Assembly: GCA_964016885.1 (NCBI GenBank)
Contig: OZ024742.1
Location: forward strand, 301,258,001-301,322,000
Length of the DNA: 64,000 bases
Source of the DNA: Eledone cirrhosa
Taxonomy: Eukaryota
Reading direction: 5' to 3'
Shown one piece after another: positions 14,008-26,723 of the stretch. The translations under genes and the position numbers were made by a program. Below the pieces are notes generated by a model. The model was given only the letters and a program-made list of their open reading frames with translations, searched no databases and had not been told where the DNA came from. The stretch's first letter is position 1. Every line of letters starts with the position of its first letter.

Positions 14008-14131
14008 TAATAATAATAGTTTCTACTTTTGACACAAGGCCAGCAATTACCCAGTACATTACTGGTACTTTATTTTATCGACTCCGTAAGGATGAAAGGC
14101 AGAGTTAACCTCGGTGGGATTTGAACTCAGA
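14008..14131 (-). mobile_element. SINE S1, 5'-truncated
   Basis: B-box, core and tail as in 13435-13644. Confidence 0.8.
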
Positions 14132-16928
14132 CCTGGGTTAGTCGCAGACTGCACCAGGTTGCGGCTGCAGAAAGTGTCGGTGCAAGTAGCATCCTAGACG
14201 AGGGGTTTACCACCGCTGAACGGGAAGATGGTCATGCCATATGGCCTTTGGTCGTCCCCTCGGTCCAGCCCCACCGGCTCGAGCTGGGAAGGGAAGCCCG
14301 CAGCGTCCAAGCCATGCTTCATGACCTCCTTGAGGGCAGCATGGCGTGGAAGGCAGTTGGCACTGTGGCGACAGGAAAGCGGGTGGAGGCCGAAAGAGTC
14401 CACGGTGGAACCGCAGCGACATTGGTGTGGCTCGCAGATCCGGAGGCTGAGCCTCAAGGAAACGCCGATGCGCAAGCTATTGTTGTCTAGCTGCGTACCA
14501 GTGGAGAAGGAGGGCAGGGCATGGAGCCAGGCACCACTGTGGGGTTTGGAGGCCGCACGAAAGCAGGCAAAGCGGTGCTGATCGAGCTGGCGCGTGAGCC
14601 TGTCTGAGGCCAGGCTGCACTGGATGGCATCCCAAGTGCTTTAGGGGGACTTGACGTCAACAGGGAGAGAAGGAGGGACGTCTACTGGGCCAAGTCCCAG
14701 CCGGTCCCACGTCTCACAGGCGGCCTCACGTTCTCTGAACACAGAGGGTTCTATTGTGTTTTGAAGAACCTTTCTGACGAGGACGCGGCACGTGGTTACC
14801 GACGAAAGATATGCTGGAAAAGCCAGCGAGATCGGGGACCGGAGGCCAAGACCGCCATACCTGACAGGTAAAGTGGCCTGGTGCCATCCAATGTCGTCAA
14901 CCTTGACGTTGCATATCTCCTCGGCTGCTGCTCGGATACAAGTATCAAGGTCAGCGAGGAGAGATGTGTGGGTGTAGCACGGAACGCTGCGAAGGGTATA
15001 GAGGAGCTTCGGCATGGCGAAGCAGTTCCTCAACAGAAAGAGAGCTGGGTGGCCGTCGATCAAGCCCAGTCGGCTCGTGAGAGTCTGGAGTTGTTGAAGC
15101 CTGGACCTGTTTGTGGAGCGGATGGTCGGCGGGTGGATCGGTGACCCGAGGATGAGGACATCCTCTTTGGGGGTCACCTGTACCTGGTGGAGAATGGACC
15201 ACACGTCCGAGACGGAGGCTGCAAAGCTCTCAGCATCGTGGCTGACATTCACCACCTCCAACTTGGCCGAGTTGACCTCGAGGCTGATTCCCGCCAGGGC
15301 AGGAACCACCAATTGTAGGTCATGGCAGACAGTCTGTACGGGCCCGCCCAACGTAGCATCAACCAGATACCAAACGTTATGAGGGGCCGTGATACTCCGG
15401 GAGATGTGGTCTATACCAAGGGCAAACAGGAGGGGTCCCAAAGGGTCGCCCTTTTTGGACCCCAGTAGCCGAAGGTATGACTGTATCAGCAGCAAGGAGC
15501 ATGCTCGGGGCTCCATACGGCAGGTAGGCCAGCAGGTAGGCAGAGGAGGCTCGGCTGAGGCAGGCATCGAGCAGATGGTCCTGGCGCAAGCAGTTGAAGG
15601 CATTCCTTATGTCAAGCTTGACAATGAGGTGCCTGGAGTCCATGGATGCTGGTTCCGGTGGGCAGCTGTTGAAGAACTGCCTGGTTGCATGTGCGGCCCC
15701 CTCACAGCCACCTGACACGCCGACAACCTGTTGCACCGGACTGAACTCCTCACCCAGTTCGGGTGTTATGGACCTGCAGACCACCTTGGCAGCCAGCCTC
15801 TGGAAAACATTGCCCACAGCGATGAGCGTATGCCACCCTCTTTCTTTCTGAGAGCGGTGAGGCTAGCCGAAAAAAAGAGGCCTCGGGTCAGGGTGCCATG
15901 GATGAGTCTATTGGTGAGCGCCACAATTGCACTCAGAAGGCGGCGCTCGGCCTCAGCGGAGAGGGGAGATAGCAACTCCTTGAGGTGGCTTGGTCGGAGA
16001 CCATCAGCACCTCCGCTGCTTCTAGCTGGGAAGGACTTGATGGCAGACATGATGTCTGCGTCAGAAGCCACAAGGAGCAAGTTGGGGTCGGGTGAGGGTA
16101 TGGGTCTGAGATCAGCGGGTGGCTCAGGGTGTTTGAGTCGTAGGGCATCCAGGACCTCCTCGGTGGGTTGGAGGACAGTGTCCTCTGAGGCAACCACTCT
16201 GACTGCGGCCGAGACATTACCCATGATTAGTTTAGCATTTACGCGGTTACGCAAACGCTTGACGCTGGCTTCAGGGGTGGAGGATTGGGGGTACCCGAGG
16301 GTGGGGTGTGCGGCGTCCCTGGACACGCTTGGAATGGGCGTTTGCCCAAAGGACGAAACATTGGCCTTGACGAAGGCTGCTGTCGACCGGCCGCCCCAGT
16401 CAGCGCCAGAGCTGGGGAGGCCGAGGGCGAAATAAAAGAGTCGCTCCCAGTCGCTGGCTCGATTGGAGTCTAGGGCGCTTTCAATTGAGGAAGCGAGGGC
16501 ATTGGCTACCTGCACCCGGGCCGCTTTCGGGATCCTGAGTGCGATCTTCCGGAGCCGCCTAAGCCGAGCAATGTTGACCAGCGACGCTTGGGCGTCAGGC
16601 AAGCTCGCTGTCTCATCTGGTGGTGTGCCAGACGGCCGTGGCTGGGAAGACGAGGAGAAGAGGCAGTCCCTGCATCTCCATGCTGCGAGGGCACTGGAAT
16701 TCGACGTGTCAAGCCACCACAGGTGAGATGGTGGAAGCAGCCGCACCCCGAACAGTTCCGGCCCTTCTTCCGTCTGTTAGTGGTGCTGCAAATGCTGCAG
16801 GTGTCGGCTTTGGGGGATGGGGGATGGGGCGTGGGGCCAGAGACTGAGGCACCGAGCGGCATCAGGGGTGAGTGGATGGCGTGTGTGGGTGGAAGGGGAA
16901 GTGCTGGTAAGAGGGCCTCATAGCTCAC
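14132..16928 (-). mobile_element. Decayed CRE-clade non-LTR retrotransposon (PHD finger - RT - zinc knuckle - RLE), 3' end truncated
   Basis: CSIC...CSGCGCFHHLTC...WRCRDC; AMGNVFQRLAAK, GGCEGAAHA, KLDIRNAFN, GDPLGPLLF, LPVRYGGLG; CRCG..D..GLHPLSC, RH, RPYG(D), DATCTDT. Confidence 0.8.
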
Positions 16929-17197
16929 TTACATCAGATATAGAGGCGTCAGCGGACAAGAGAGAAAAGAAGGGGTGCATGGAGGTGGACACACAAGAAG
17001 GTAGAATGTTAGCAAATGAATGAGTGAATGGATGAATGTACAAACCCAGAGTTCAGCACGCACACATGCGAGCTTGTTAGCAGTTTCTCATAGGATCTTG
17101 TGGCTGGGGATGAGTCATTCAATCCTGAAAGCATATGTGCTGTTGTTGCTGTTATTGCTAGTGTTGTTGTTCTTGTCACTGATGCTGGAGTTGGCTT

Positions 17198-17780
17198 GGC
17201 GGCTTTCCCGACTACACGCCAGGCGCTCGGGTCGATCAGCCTTCCTTGAGTGCTTGGAAAAATAAATTTCCCCTTCTTTCGGTAAACGAAATTACTCGGA
17301 ACGGCTGCTTCGCCCTGGGGCCCTGTCGGACTTGGAACCCGCCGCGACACCGGTTATTGACCACCAAACAATACCTTTAAATTCTAGGCTTAATCATAAC
17401 TTTTAACTTTATCATGCCTCCTTCTACTAGCACTTAACTAAATCCCCCACCAGTGTGAATAACTAGTAATCGTTTGGTATATACGATGGTCGGTGGTCGG
17501 TGGCGGACTTCCCGCTAACACACCCGACGCTTAAGACAGTTAACATTCCTGGAGTGCTCGGAAAAATAAATTTCCATTTCTTTCGCTAGACGATAATACT
17601 CCGAACGGCTGGCACGCCGTTGGGCCCCGGGCTGGCCGGGGGTCCGCAACGTCGCTAGTTATTGACCGCTAAGCATGGGCTTAATATTTACTCTATATTC
17701 TACCCTGAAACTTTATCGTGACTATCTATAATACACTTTTTCATAAAAACCTCCTTCTGTAAATTCTTTAACTAAATCTC
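17198..17780. repeat. Diverged tandem duplication (~300-bp period) with a structured GC-rich core
   Basis: ttcc..gagtgct.ggaaaaataaatttcc...ttattgacc at 17242-17362 and 17546-17667. Confidence 0.7.
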
Positions 17781-18218
17781 ACAACTTCAAACCTAAACCT
17801 TATTTTTCTAATTTCATCTTAAATGGCATCTTCTAACTCTAAACATAAATTTAACGTTTCTAATTGTTAATCGTAATTTCTGTCCATACATTATACCATG
17901 CAGACGCCCACTATATATTACTATATATAGATCTATTAAAGATCAGTTATAGAGCTGTTCTTTGATATTTTTCGCGGCACTTTCTAGCACGCATGACCAG
18001 CTTGATTGTGACCTGACCTCAACGCTGGCCTCTGTCTTTGACGGGGTGGTAGTAGTACACTATAAGCCTACGTCCCTTCACCAGATGGACATAAGTAGGC
18101 TTAATAATCACCACTTGAGGGCGACTAGGGTAGAAGATGCTAAATGTTGGGTCGCCCTCATGTCTCTGATTTTCAGCCCCATGGATTTTGTCTATTATAT
18201 TCCTTTGTTATATTTCGA

Positions 18219-18276
18219 ATACCTGATGATGTCTCCGGATTCATACTGAACCCGGTGATTGAAATGATCATAGTAT
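18219..18276 (+). ncRNA. Type I hammerhead ribozyme motif (Penelope pLTR type)
   Basis: atac-CTGATGA-stem II (ccgg/ccgg)-GAAA-tgatca-TA-gtat, followed by AATAAA. Confidence 0.7.
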
Positions 18277-18468
18277 AATAAACCTTTTAAGGAATTACAC
18301 CAGTCCAGTCTCCTGTTATTTTATAATAATTAACTCCGTACTCGCACCACCAACTACACAAACGAAGACGGGTGAGTTGCATTACGTTGAGTGCTCTCCA
18401 TAATATTACATCGAGGTTGACCATACGGAATGACCAGTTCTATCCAGTGGTGAACCAACAAACCTAAA

Positions 18469-18472
<4 letters not shown>

Positions 18473-18543
<71 letters not shown>
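18473..18543. repeat. (TA)n microsatellite
   Basis: Direct. Confidence 0.95.
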
Positions 18544-18546
<3 letters not shown>

Positions 18547-18613
18547 CAAGGTTTAGCAAATAAGAAAAAGTTTCAAAATAAATTTCAAAAAATTCACTGT
18601 ACTTACTACGGTT

Positions 18614-18701
18614 ACCTTTACCGAATCGGTTTCGAGTCTCAAAAAATAAATGGACAGTTCTTGCGGCCTTCCATTGAAAAGATAAACTCTCGTCAGAAGG
18701 T
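18614..18701 (-). ncRNA. Type I hammerhead ribozyme motif, intact core
   Basis: Minus strand acctt-CTGACGA-gagt...actc-GAAA-ccgattcgg-TA-aaggt; GUA cleavage triplet. Confidence 0.8.
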
Positions 18702-18915
18702 TCTTTTCACTCGGAGAATATAAACATTCCCGAGTTCAAATTACGAACTGGCGCTATTCAAAATTGTTCCCGAGATAAGAATGAATGATGTGGAAGCAAT
18801 TCTGTCCAGTGCCGTGTGTAAAAATAGAAGCAGAGGCAGCTAGGTCAGTCTACTACCACTATAAATAGCAGCAGTCAAAACGACCAAATTTTATCTCGAC
18901 CAAGAGGAGAAAAAA

Positions 18916-21900
18916 TTATGATTTCATTTATTAGCCACCAGGGCCGACATGTAGGGGACAATACAAAGACAGGGACAGTGGGGGTTTACAATAAGCTCGA
19001 GTAAAAGTGCACAATGGCCAGACTAATTTAACAATGAAAATATAAAAATATAAAATAAACTATGCATAAATATAACAAAATAAATTCCCCGATAGGGGGT
19101 GGACGACCCTGGGGTGACTCGGGTACCCCACCAATCCTGAACCACCCTGCGCTTCTAGGGCATCAGGGGAGAGCACCCCTCTCCTCAAGTTAGCTAGCCT
19201 ACAGGCGCATGGTCAGAGTGGGTCCATTCACACGAGCCATTCTCGCCACATTCACCCACCTTTTAGCAAATGTACTAAGGGGCAGCACTTCTCTCTCCAC
19301 CCTCACCTTCCTTTCCAAGTGAAACTTGAAGAAGTTGATGAGGGATTGGCCGAAGAGAAAAGTGTCTGTCTTCAGTCCTTTTAACCTGGTCCACCATATA
19401 ACCTCTTTCGCAACTGCCACCAGACAGAGGAAAATTTCCTGCTCTTTCTGACCTAAGGAAGGCGGTGGATCGATCTTCACTATGGACTCGGCCGATAGCC
19501 GGATTCGTTCCACACGCGACAGTAACTGTTCGACATAACTCCACAAGTCAGTAATGCACGGACATTGGACAAGTGCGTGCAGAACGGTTTCGTCGTTCTG
19601 TGCGCATCTTGGGCAGGTCCGTCTGACAGCACTTCCGTGCCTGTAGAGTTTATCCCGAACCGGCAGTGCCCCCCGGTAGCACTGCCAAGCGAGGGATTTC
19701 TGGAAATTGTCCATCGTCCCCGGCTCAAAAGTCCTCCGGTACAGACTGGTCAGTTCGACTTCGTCGAGGCCCAAAGCTTCTCAGAGTGCGTCATCGCACT
19801 TGCCCACCACTAATCCTCTATAGAACTCGAGAGTGGAAGTTCCACTGATCGCATTGCCCGCTTGGTAGAGGGCAGTGAGTGCCTGGCAACATTCCAGGTT
19901 CCAGTCTCGTTCTCTTCTTGACCCAGGACTGCAGCTCAGTCAAAGAAATGAGCTGCGGAAAGGCCCGTCTGATAAACGGCGACCACACCTGTTCACCGTT
20001 GAGGCAGAATATCTGGAGATGTCGCAGCCTCAACGCATGCCTGCGCATCATTAGCCACGGCATGCCCAGCCCTCCGCGTAGAGGGTGCTGGATGGACCGC
20101 CTCACCAACGGAACTTGTCCTCTCCACAAGAATTTGAAGAGGAGCCGTTCCAACTTGACGAGGTGCGGACGGGGGAAAGGGACGACCGTCAGGCGGTAGT
20201 AGATGACGGACGCGATGTACGCATTCGCCACCTCCGCGCGACCTTTCAGTGATAGCTTCCTCCCAGCCCATTTTTGGGTGAGACTGGCTACTCTGCTCGT
20301 TACCTCGTCCCAATTCTTTTCCACCTGGAGGTCTGGTCCGAACCAAACCCCGAGCAACTTTACCGGTCCGTCCGTCCAGCGCCCCACAACGCTGTTGGAC
20401 GGCATGGGCTTGCCTCTCCAGGTTCCGAGCTGCAAGCCCACCGACTTTTCCGGGTTAAGTTTGGCTTCTGTCAACCTTTCATATTCCTTCAATAAGGTGC
20501 CGACCACCTCGATTTCTGAGGTGTTCGACATCATCACGGTGATGTCGTCCGCATAAGCCGACACAGCCTTTCCGCGTCCCGGTTCGAGCGGGATGTCCTG
20601 CAACAGCTCCAGCTTCCGCAGTAAGGGCTCGAGAGTCAATACGTACAGAAGGGAAGAGAGAGGGCACCCTTGACGGACCGATCGGGAGAGCCGAAATGGT
20701 TCCAAGAGGTGGCCATTAACCTTGACCACCGAGCGTGTGCCACTGTGCATTGCAGCGATCCAGCTTCTAAAGACAGGGCCGAAGCCAGCTGCTTTGAGGA
20801 CAAACTCCAGATACCGATGGTCGAACCTATCGAATGCTTTCGATTGATCTAAATTGATCAGTTCCCCACCGAAGCCAGGTACACCCTACCCTCTCTATGA
20901 TGTATCGCATGAGGTGGAGATTGTCGTGTATGGACCTGGCTGGGATTGCGCAAGTTTGCGCCTCCCCAACCAAATCCTCGACGACAAGCGCCAATCTCTT
21001 TGCTAACACCTTGGCCAAAATCTTAAACTCTGTGTTGAGCAGAGTTATGGGCCTAAAGTTGTCTAATATATCCCTCTTGTTCTCGTCTTTCCTTATCAGC
21101 GTCACCACTCCCCTGCTCACAGAACTGGGAATACTCCCATTCTGCTGCCAGTTGCAGTAAAGTGCTTCGAGGAGTTCGGAGAACAAGTCTAGCATATTTA
21201 CGTAAAGCTCGTAGGGCAGGCCATCCAAACCGGGTGACTTGCGCCTTATGCAGCCGACAAGGGCATCCTGAATTTCGGCTGAAGTAATCGGCCTTTCGCA
21301 GCGCTCAGCGTCGACCGTCGAGATGCGCGGCAAGCCGTCAAGGTAGGGACTGAAATCCGCTACTCTCTCTGACTCGCCACTCTCCCCGAACAACCGAGCA
21401 AATTGCTGGCGAAAGGCCTCACACATCCGCTTGGAATCGCTTATCTCGTGTCCGTCTCGGTCCGCCAAAGACCGAATTGTGGTTTTATTACCACGCTGCG
21501 CCTCCGCCACGCGGGCACATCGAACAGCTTTGGTTCCCTCGTTTCTCAGCGTACGCGCCTTAGCTCTGACAATGCAACCTTCGTGTTTCGCATTGAAGAA
21601 ATGGTCTAATGCCATTCTCGCCGCTAGCACGTCAGTTGCAATACCACTACAAATAGCCTCGTCTAACTTATCTACCAGCTCCCCTCCTTTCTATTTTTCT
21701 CTAACGCTAGTTCTTTGCTGAACTCTATCGAAGTTACTCTAATCTCTCTTTTGAGAGCTCCCCACCATCTGTTGTTGATGATCCCCCCTGTCAACTTTTG
21801 CTTAACTAAATTGTTGACTCGATCCCTGTAAGCCTTACGTGCCGGAAATGACATGTTCAGCTTCCAGTAATCCGGTCCTAACCTACGCGTTTTATCTAGG

Positions 21901-23696
21901 TCGACCGTACAGATCACAAATTTGTGATCTGAATAGGCGACCGTTTTAAAAAGTGGGCAGCCCACACTATTTCTATCTATTTTCCTAATGAAGATCCTGT
22001 CTATATACGATCTAGATGACCCCATTCGGTTGGTCCATGTCCATACTGTCACATTGGGGAAATCTAGTCGATACCTGTCAGACAGTTGGAACTGGCTAAG
22101 TAGGTGCTTGAGGCTTTTGCACCCCCCGCTCCTATCGGCTACTCCCACACAATCCCAGCGTGCGTCTAAGATGCCATTCCAGTCCCCCGCTAACAGTAAA
22201 GGGCGAGACGTACCCAGAAAGGTCTCTAGGCGCCTAAAGAAGTCCGGTCGTCCGGCCCCTGTAGGGGCATAGACAGCCAGCAGTCTAAAGGCACCACCTT
22301 TGCTACTGCTCACATCCAAGACCACCAACTTACCGTCCGGGTCCCGGAAGATCGACCTTACCTCGAGATCCAGTCCTTTCCTAAACAGCACTGCCACCCC
22401 ACCCCCATTACCGCTCTGCTAACAGATGCAAAGATCTGATAGTCGTCGAAAATTGGGGCTAGTGCGCGCGTGTCGGAAATACTGGTCTCGCTGATGGCAA
22501 TCACATCCATTTCCAGCGACCTGAGGTCGTTGAGCAGGCGACCCTGCTTCCAGGGTGACCCCAGGCCGCGAACATTTAAACTTCCTACTCTTAATATGGC
22601 CATATTGGTAAGCTAAGAGAGAGAGAGGGAAGGTTTACTTACCTCCCGGGGTCTTGTGAAGGTCGGGTGGTTCTACCTCCATGGTTGGTGGGGTTTCTTT
22701 TGGGAACCCCTTTAAAAGTCTTGATGTGGGTTTAACATTCGGGGTTCCCACGTCTTGAGGAAAGCTCTCTCGAATTTCTTTGAAGGAATTGAGTGACATT
22801 CGGACCAGAAGCAAATCTTCTGGCACGCAAAATGTGCTCATTTCAAAAATCTCCCCCTCTGTTTGAATGTCCTCGCTTCGTGCTAAGAGGGCCATCAGTT
22901 TATCGTTGGTCCTTCTGACAAGCACGAAGTTTTTAGCATTTTGTTGGTGTGGTTTTATTTGTTTTCGTTTTGGTGACTGTGGTGGTGATGGTTTTGGTGG
23001 TGTTGTTTCGGGTATGTCTGTGTTTGTTGTAGGTGTGGTGTCTGCAATTTCAGGTATTATTTGTGTGTTTATTTGTACTTGTGTTTGTTTAGGTTGTTTG
23101 CGTTTCGGGGATTGTGGAGGTGGTGTCGATGTTGCTGTTGGTGATGATGTTATTGGGGAAGTGTTTGCGTTAGTGGTGTCTGTATTTTTTGTTGTGTATG
23201 TTTTTGTGTTTTGTTGGGGCTTTTTTTTTTGTGAGTTTTCTCTGTTTTTTTGCACTTTTGGGTTTTCCTTCATCTTCGCTGCTGGAAAACAAAGGGTCTG
23301 TGGCTGTGAGTGTCTCTGTGTCTGTGTGTGCGTTTATTGTTTTGTCTATGTGTATAATTGGGGGAGGGGAGGGGGAGTGGGAGAGCTTTCCCCGTTTTCT
23401 CCTTGGATTGGTTTTGGTGTTGGTGGTGATCCGGCTGTTTTTTATGTTGGTGTCCGTGTTTTTGTTGGTGTTGTTTTTGGTGGTGGTGGTGGCGCAGCTT
23501 TCCGTGCTGACACTGGCGTTGGCAACAAAGGAGGTTTGCGACCCCCCTGCATTTTTGCGCTGAGGGCAGAAGGCTTGCAGATGCGTTGCTTCCCCGCAGA
23601 CGAAGTAGCGTGGCCTTCTTCCGTCAATGATTAATTGGATTGTTGTTCCGTCCTGCAGGCGGGCAAAATCCGGGATGTTGTTCATGTCCTCCTGAG
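18916..23696 (-). mobile_element. Tx1-clade LINE, copy C, 5'-truncated within ORF1
   Basis: ORF1 pieces 23170-23685 and 22635-23273 (CCHC-like knuckle); ORF2 pieces 22603-19199 with APE/RT/CPRC; 3' end GCCCTGTGGCTAATAAATGAAATC. Confidence 0.92.
19199..22603 (-). pseudogene. Tx1 ORF2 (APE + RT), frameshifted
   Basis: NVRGL, GDWN, SDH, QGCPLS, YADD motifs across five ORF fragments. Confidence 0.9.
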
Positions 23697-23914
23697 AATA
23701 ATAATAATAAAATATATATCCCTACACGCAAAAAGCGTATAGGGACACATATATATATATATATTTATTTATTAAAATAACAGATTAAAGTTTAAGTTTT
23801 CACCCTTAAGCAGCGATTCTTTGCTTAAACTTTAATCTGTTATTTTAATAAATATTTGCTCTACGGCTCTTAGATATTTGATAGCCCTCTTTGGATTTTA
23901 GTCTTCAACTTTAT

Positions 23915-24038
23915 TATCTGAGTTCAAATCCCGCCGAGGTTGACTTTGCCTTTCATCCTTACGGGGTCGATAAAATAAAGTACCAGTAATGCACTGGGTA
24001 TTTGCTGGCCTTGTGCCTAAAGTAGAAACAATTATTAC
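23915..24038 (+). mobile_element. SINE S1 fragment
   Basis: B-box, core, GTAGAAACAATTATT tail. Confidence 0.8.
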
Positions 24039-24367
24039 TGACTATCAACAGGGCTTTTTCTTTTTGTTGTTATTGCTGTCAACGTCTATTGTAATTAATT
24101 TTGTTGTTTACAACGATACTGAAATTTGGTGACATCCGTGTATATATAAACACATCTTCCCATACTTACACACCACACTACACTCACACACACACACACT
24201 TATATATAAACACATACACATTTACACACGCACACTCGTGTACACACATTCATATATAAACACCCATCCACAAACAACAGACATATACACACACATACCA
24301 CTAAGCACTAAGAATACACAGACTAAAACACACATATACGGTCGCACCCATGCACGCCAAACACACA

Positions 24368-24455
<88 letters not shown>

Positions 24456-24629
24456 CATTGGTTATTCACGGATCCCAAATTATAGGGGGTGGGGTGGAAT
24501 AAACGAGGGGTCGGTGGGGTGGACATTTGCTGAAGTTCTTATTGTCTATCGTAGTTATTTTTGTTGTTTACAAAGATACCAAAGATACGGAAATTTGGAG
24601 ACATCCGTGTATACACGAATACATCTTCC

Positions 24630-25962
24630 CAATCTCACACACCACACATACACTCACACTCACACTCACACACCACACATACACTCACACTCACACACCA
24701 CACATACACTCACACTCACACACCACACATACACTCACACACACCACACATACACTCACACTCACACACCACACATACACTCACACACACCACACACACA
24801 CTCACACTCACACAACACACATACACTCACACCACACATACACTCATACACACACACCACACATACACACTCACACACCACACATACACTCACACACCAC
24901 ACATACACTCACACTCACACACCACACATACACTCACACTCACACACCACACATACACGCACACACACCACACATACACTCACACTCACACACCACACAT
25001 ACACTCACACTCACACATACACTCACACACCACACATACACTCACACTCACACATACACTCACACTCACACACCACACATACACACTCACACACCACACA
25101 TACACTCACACACCACACATACACTCACACACCACACATACACTCACACACTCACACATACACTCACACACTCACACACCACACATACACTCACCACACA
25201 TACACTCACACACCACACATACACTCACACTCACACACCACACATACACTCACACACCACACATACACTCACACACCACACATGCACTCACACGCCACAC
25301 ATACACACTCACACACCACACATACACTCACACACCACACATACACTCACACTCACACACCACACATACACTCACACGCCACACATACACTCACCACACA
25401 TACACTCACACTCACACACCACACATACACTCACACACCACACATACACTCACACACCACACATGCACTCACACGCCACACATACACACTCACACACCAC
25501 ACATACACTCACACACCACACATACACTCACACTCACACACCACACATACACTCACACTCACACACCACACATACACTCACACTCAGACACCACACATAC
25601 ACTTACACACCACACATACACTCACACACCACACATACACTCACACACCACACATGCACTCACACGCCACACATACACACTCACACACCACACATACACT
25701 CACACACCACACATACACTCACACTCACACACCACACATACACTCACACTCACACACCACACATACACTCACACTCACACACCACACTCACACCACACAT
25801 ACACTCATACACACACATCACACATACACACTCACACACCACACATACACTCACACACCACACATACACTCACACTCACACACCACACTCACACCACACA
25901 TACACTCACACACCACACATACACTCACACTCACACACCACACATACACTCATACACACACA
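24630..25962. repeat. CA-rich compound minisatellite (cacaccacacatacactca)n
   Basis: Direct; the His/Thr ORFs are artefacts of the repeat. Confidence 0.9.
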
Positions 25963-25980
25963 CTTATATATAAGTACATA

Positions 25981-26167
25981 TTGGATTGGCAGTACCGGTA
26001 GAGAGTCAGACACCGTGCTTTGCAGCATAGAGTTATGACCCTTTACGTTCTGAGTTCAAATGCCGCCGAGGTTAACTTTGCCTTTCATCCTTAATGCGTC
26101 GATAAAATAAAGTACCAGTAATTCACTGAGATAATTGCTGGCCTTGTGCCAAAAGTAGAAACAATTA
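25981..26167 (+). mobile_element. SINE S1
   Basis: A/B boxes, core, tail. Confidence 0.8.
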
Positions 26168-26642
26168 TCAAATACCAATCAAGATATAAAAAAAAACTCC
26201 GATATGCCATAAAGATGTACATAAATTGTGTGGCATATACAAATAGATGTGTGTTTTGGTAGTTTTATGGGGGGGGGGGGGGGCATGGCCCCTTGTCCCC
26301 CCCCCCCCCTCCCTCCCCATTTCACAACCTCTGTAACATGTGGACAAATACGTATATATGTATATAGATGTATATTGATATATATAAGAAAGAAAAGGTA
26401 CGTGTGTATATATATGTATGTGTATATGTATGTGTGTACATATATGTGTGTATATGTATGTGTGTATATGTATGTGTATATATATATGTATATGTGTATA
26501 TGTATGTGTGTACATATATATGTGTCCATGTGAGAGAGAAATACTGTCATTAATCAGTTGACGTCAGTTATCAACATACATTAATTTATAGGCTGTTATA
26601 TTTTACCCTACCATTTCAACTGTTCTTATCAACCTTACTTCT

Positions 26643-26723
26643 ATGACCATGTCTAATCAGGGAGGGACAGAAACACTGGACCTAGCTAATCATTCTTCAC
26701 CTTCTTCTCCGGCCACACCACAG
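26643..26723 (+). CDS. SLC16: Predicted first coding exon of SLC16 transporter (MTMSNQGGTETLDLANHSSPSSPATPQ)
   Basis: ATG, 27 codons, CAG|GTCAGT donor in phase 0, matching the ATG-less phase-0 exon at 34477. Confidence 0.6.

Noticed and set aside
17310-17360. Twister ribozyme (UAAC...GUUCCAAG resemblance)
   Set aside because: Loop lacks the GC needed for pseudoknot T2 and P1/P2 pairings are not found
24238-26038. His/Thr-rich ORFs of 470-587 aa
   Set aside because: Translation of a CA minisatellite, open in all three frames
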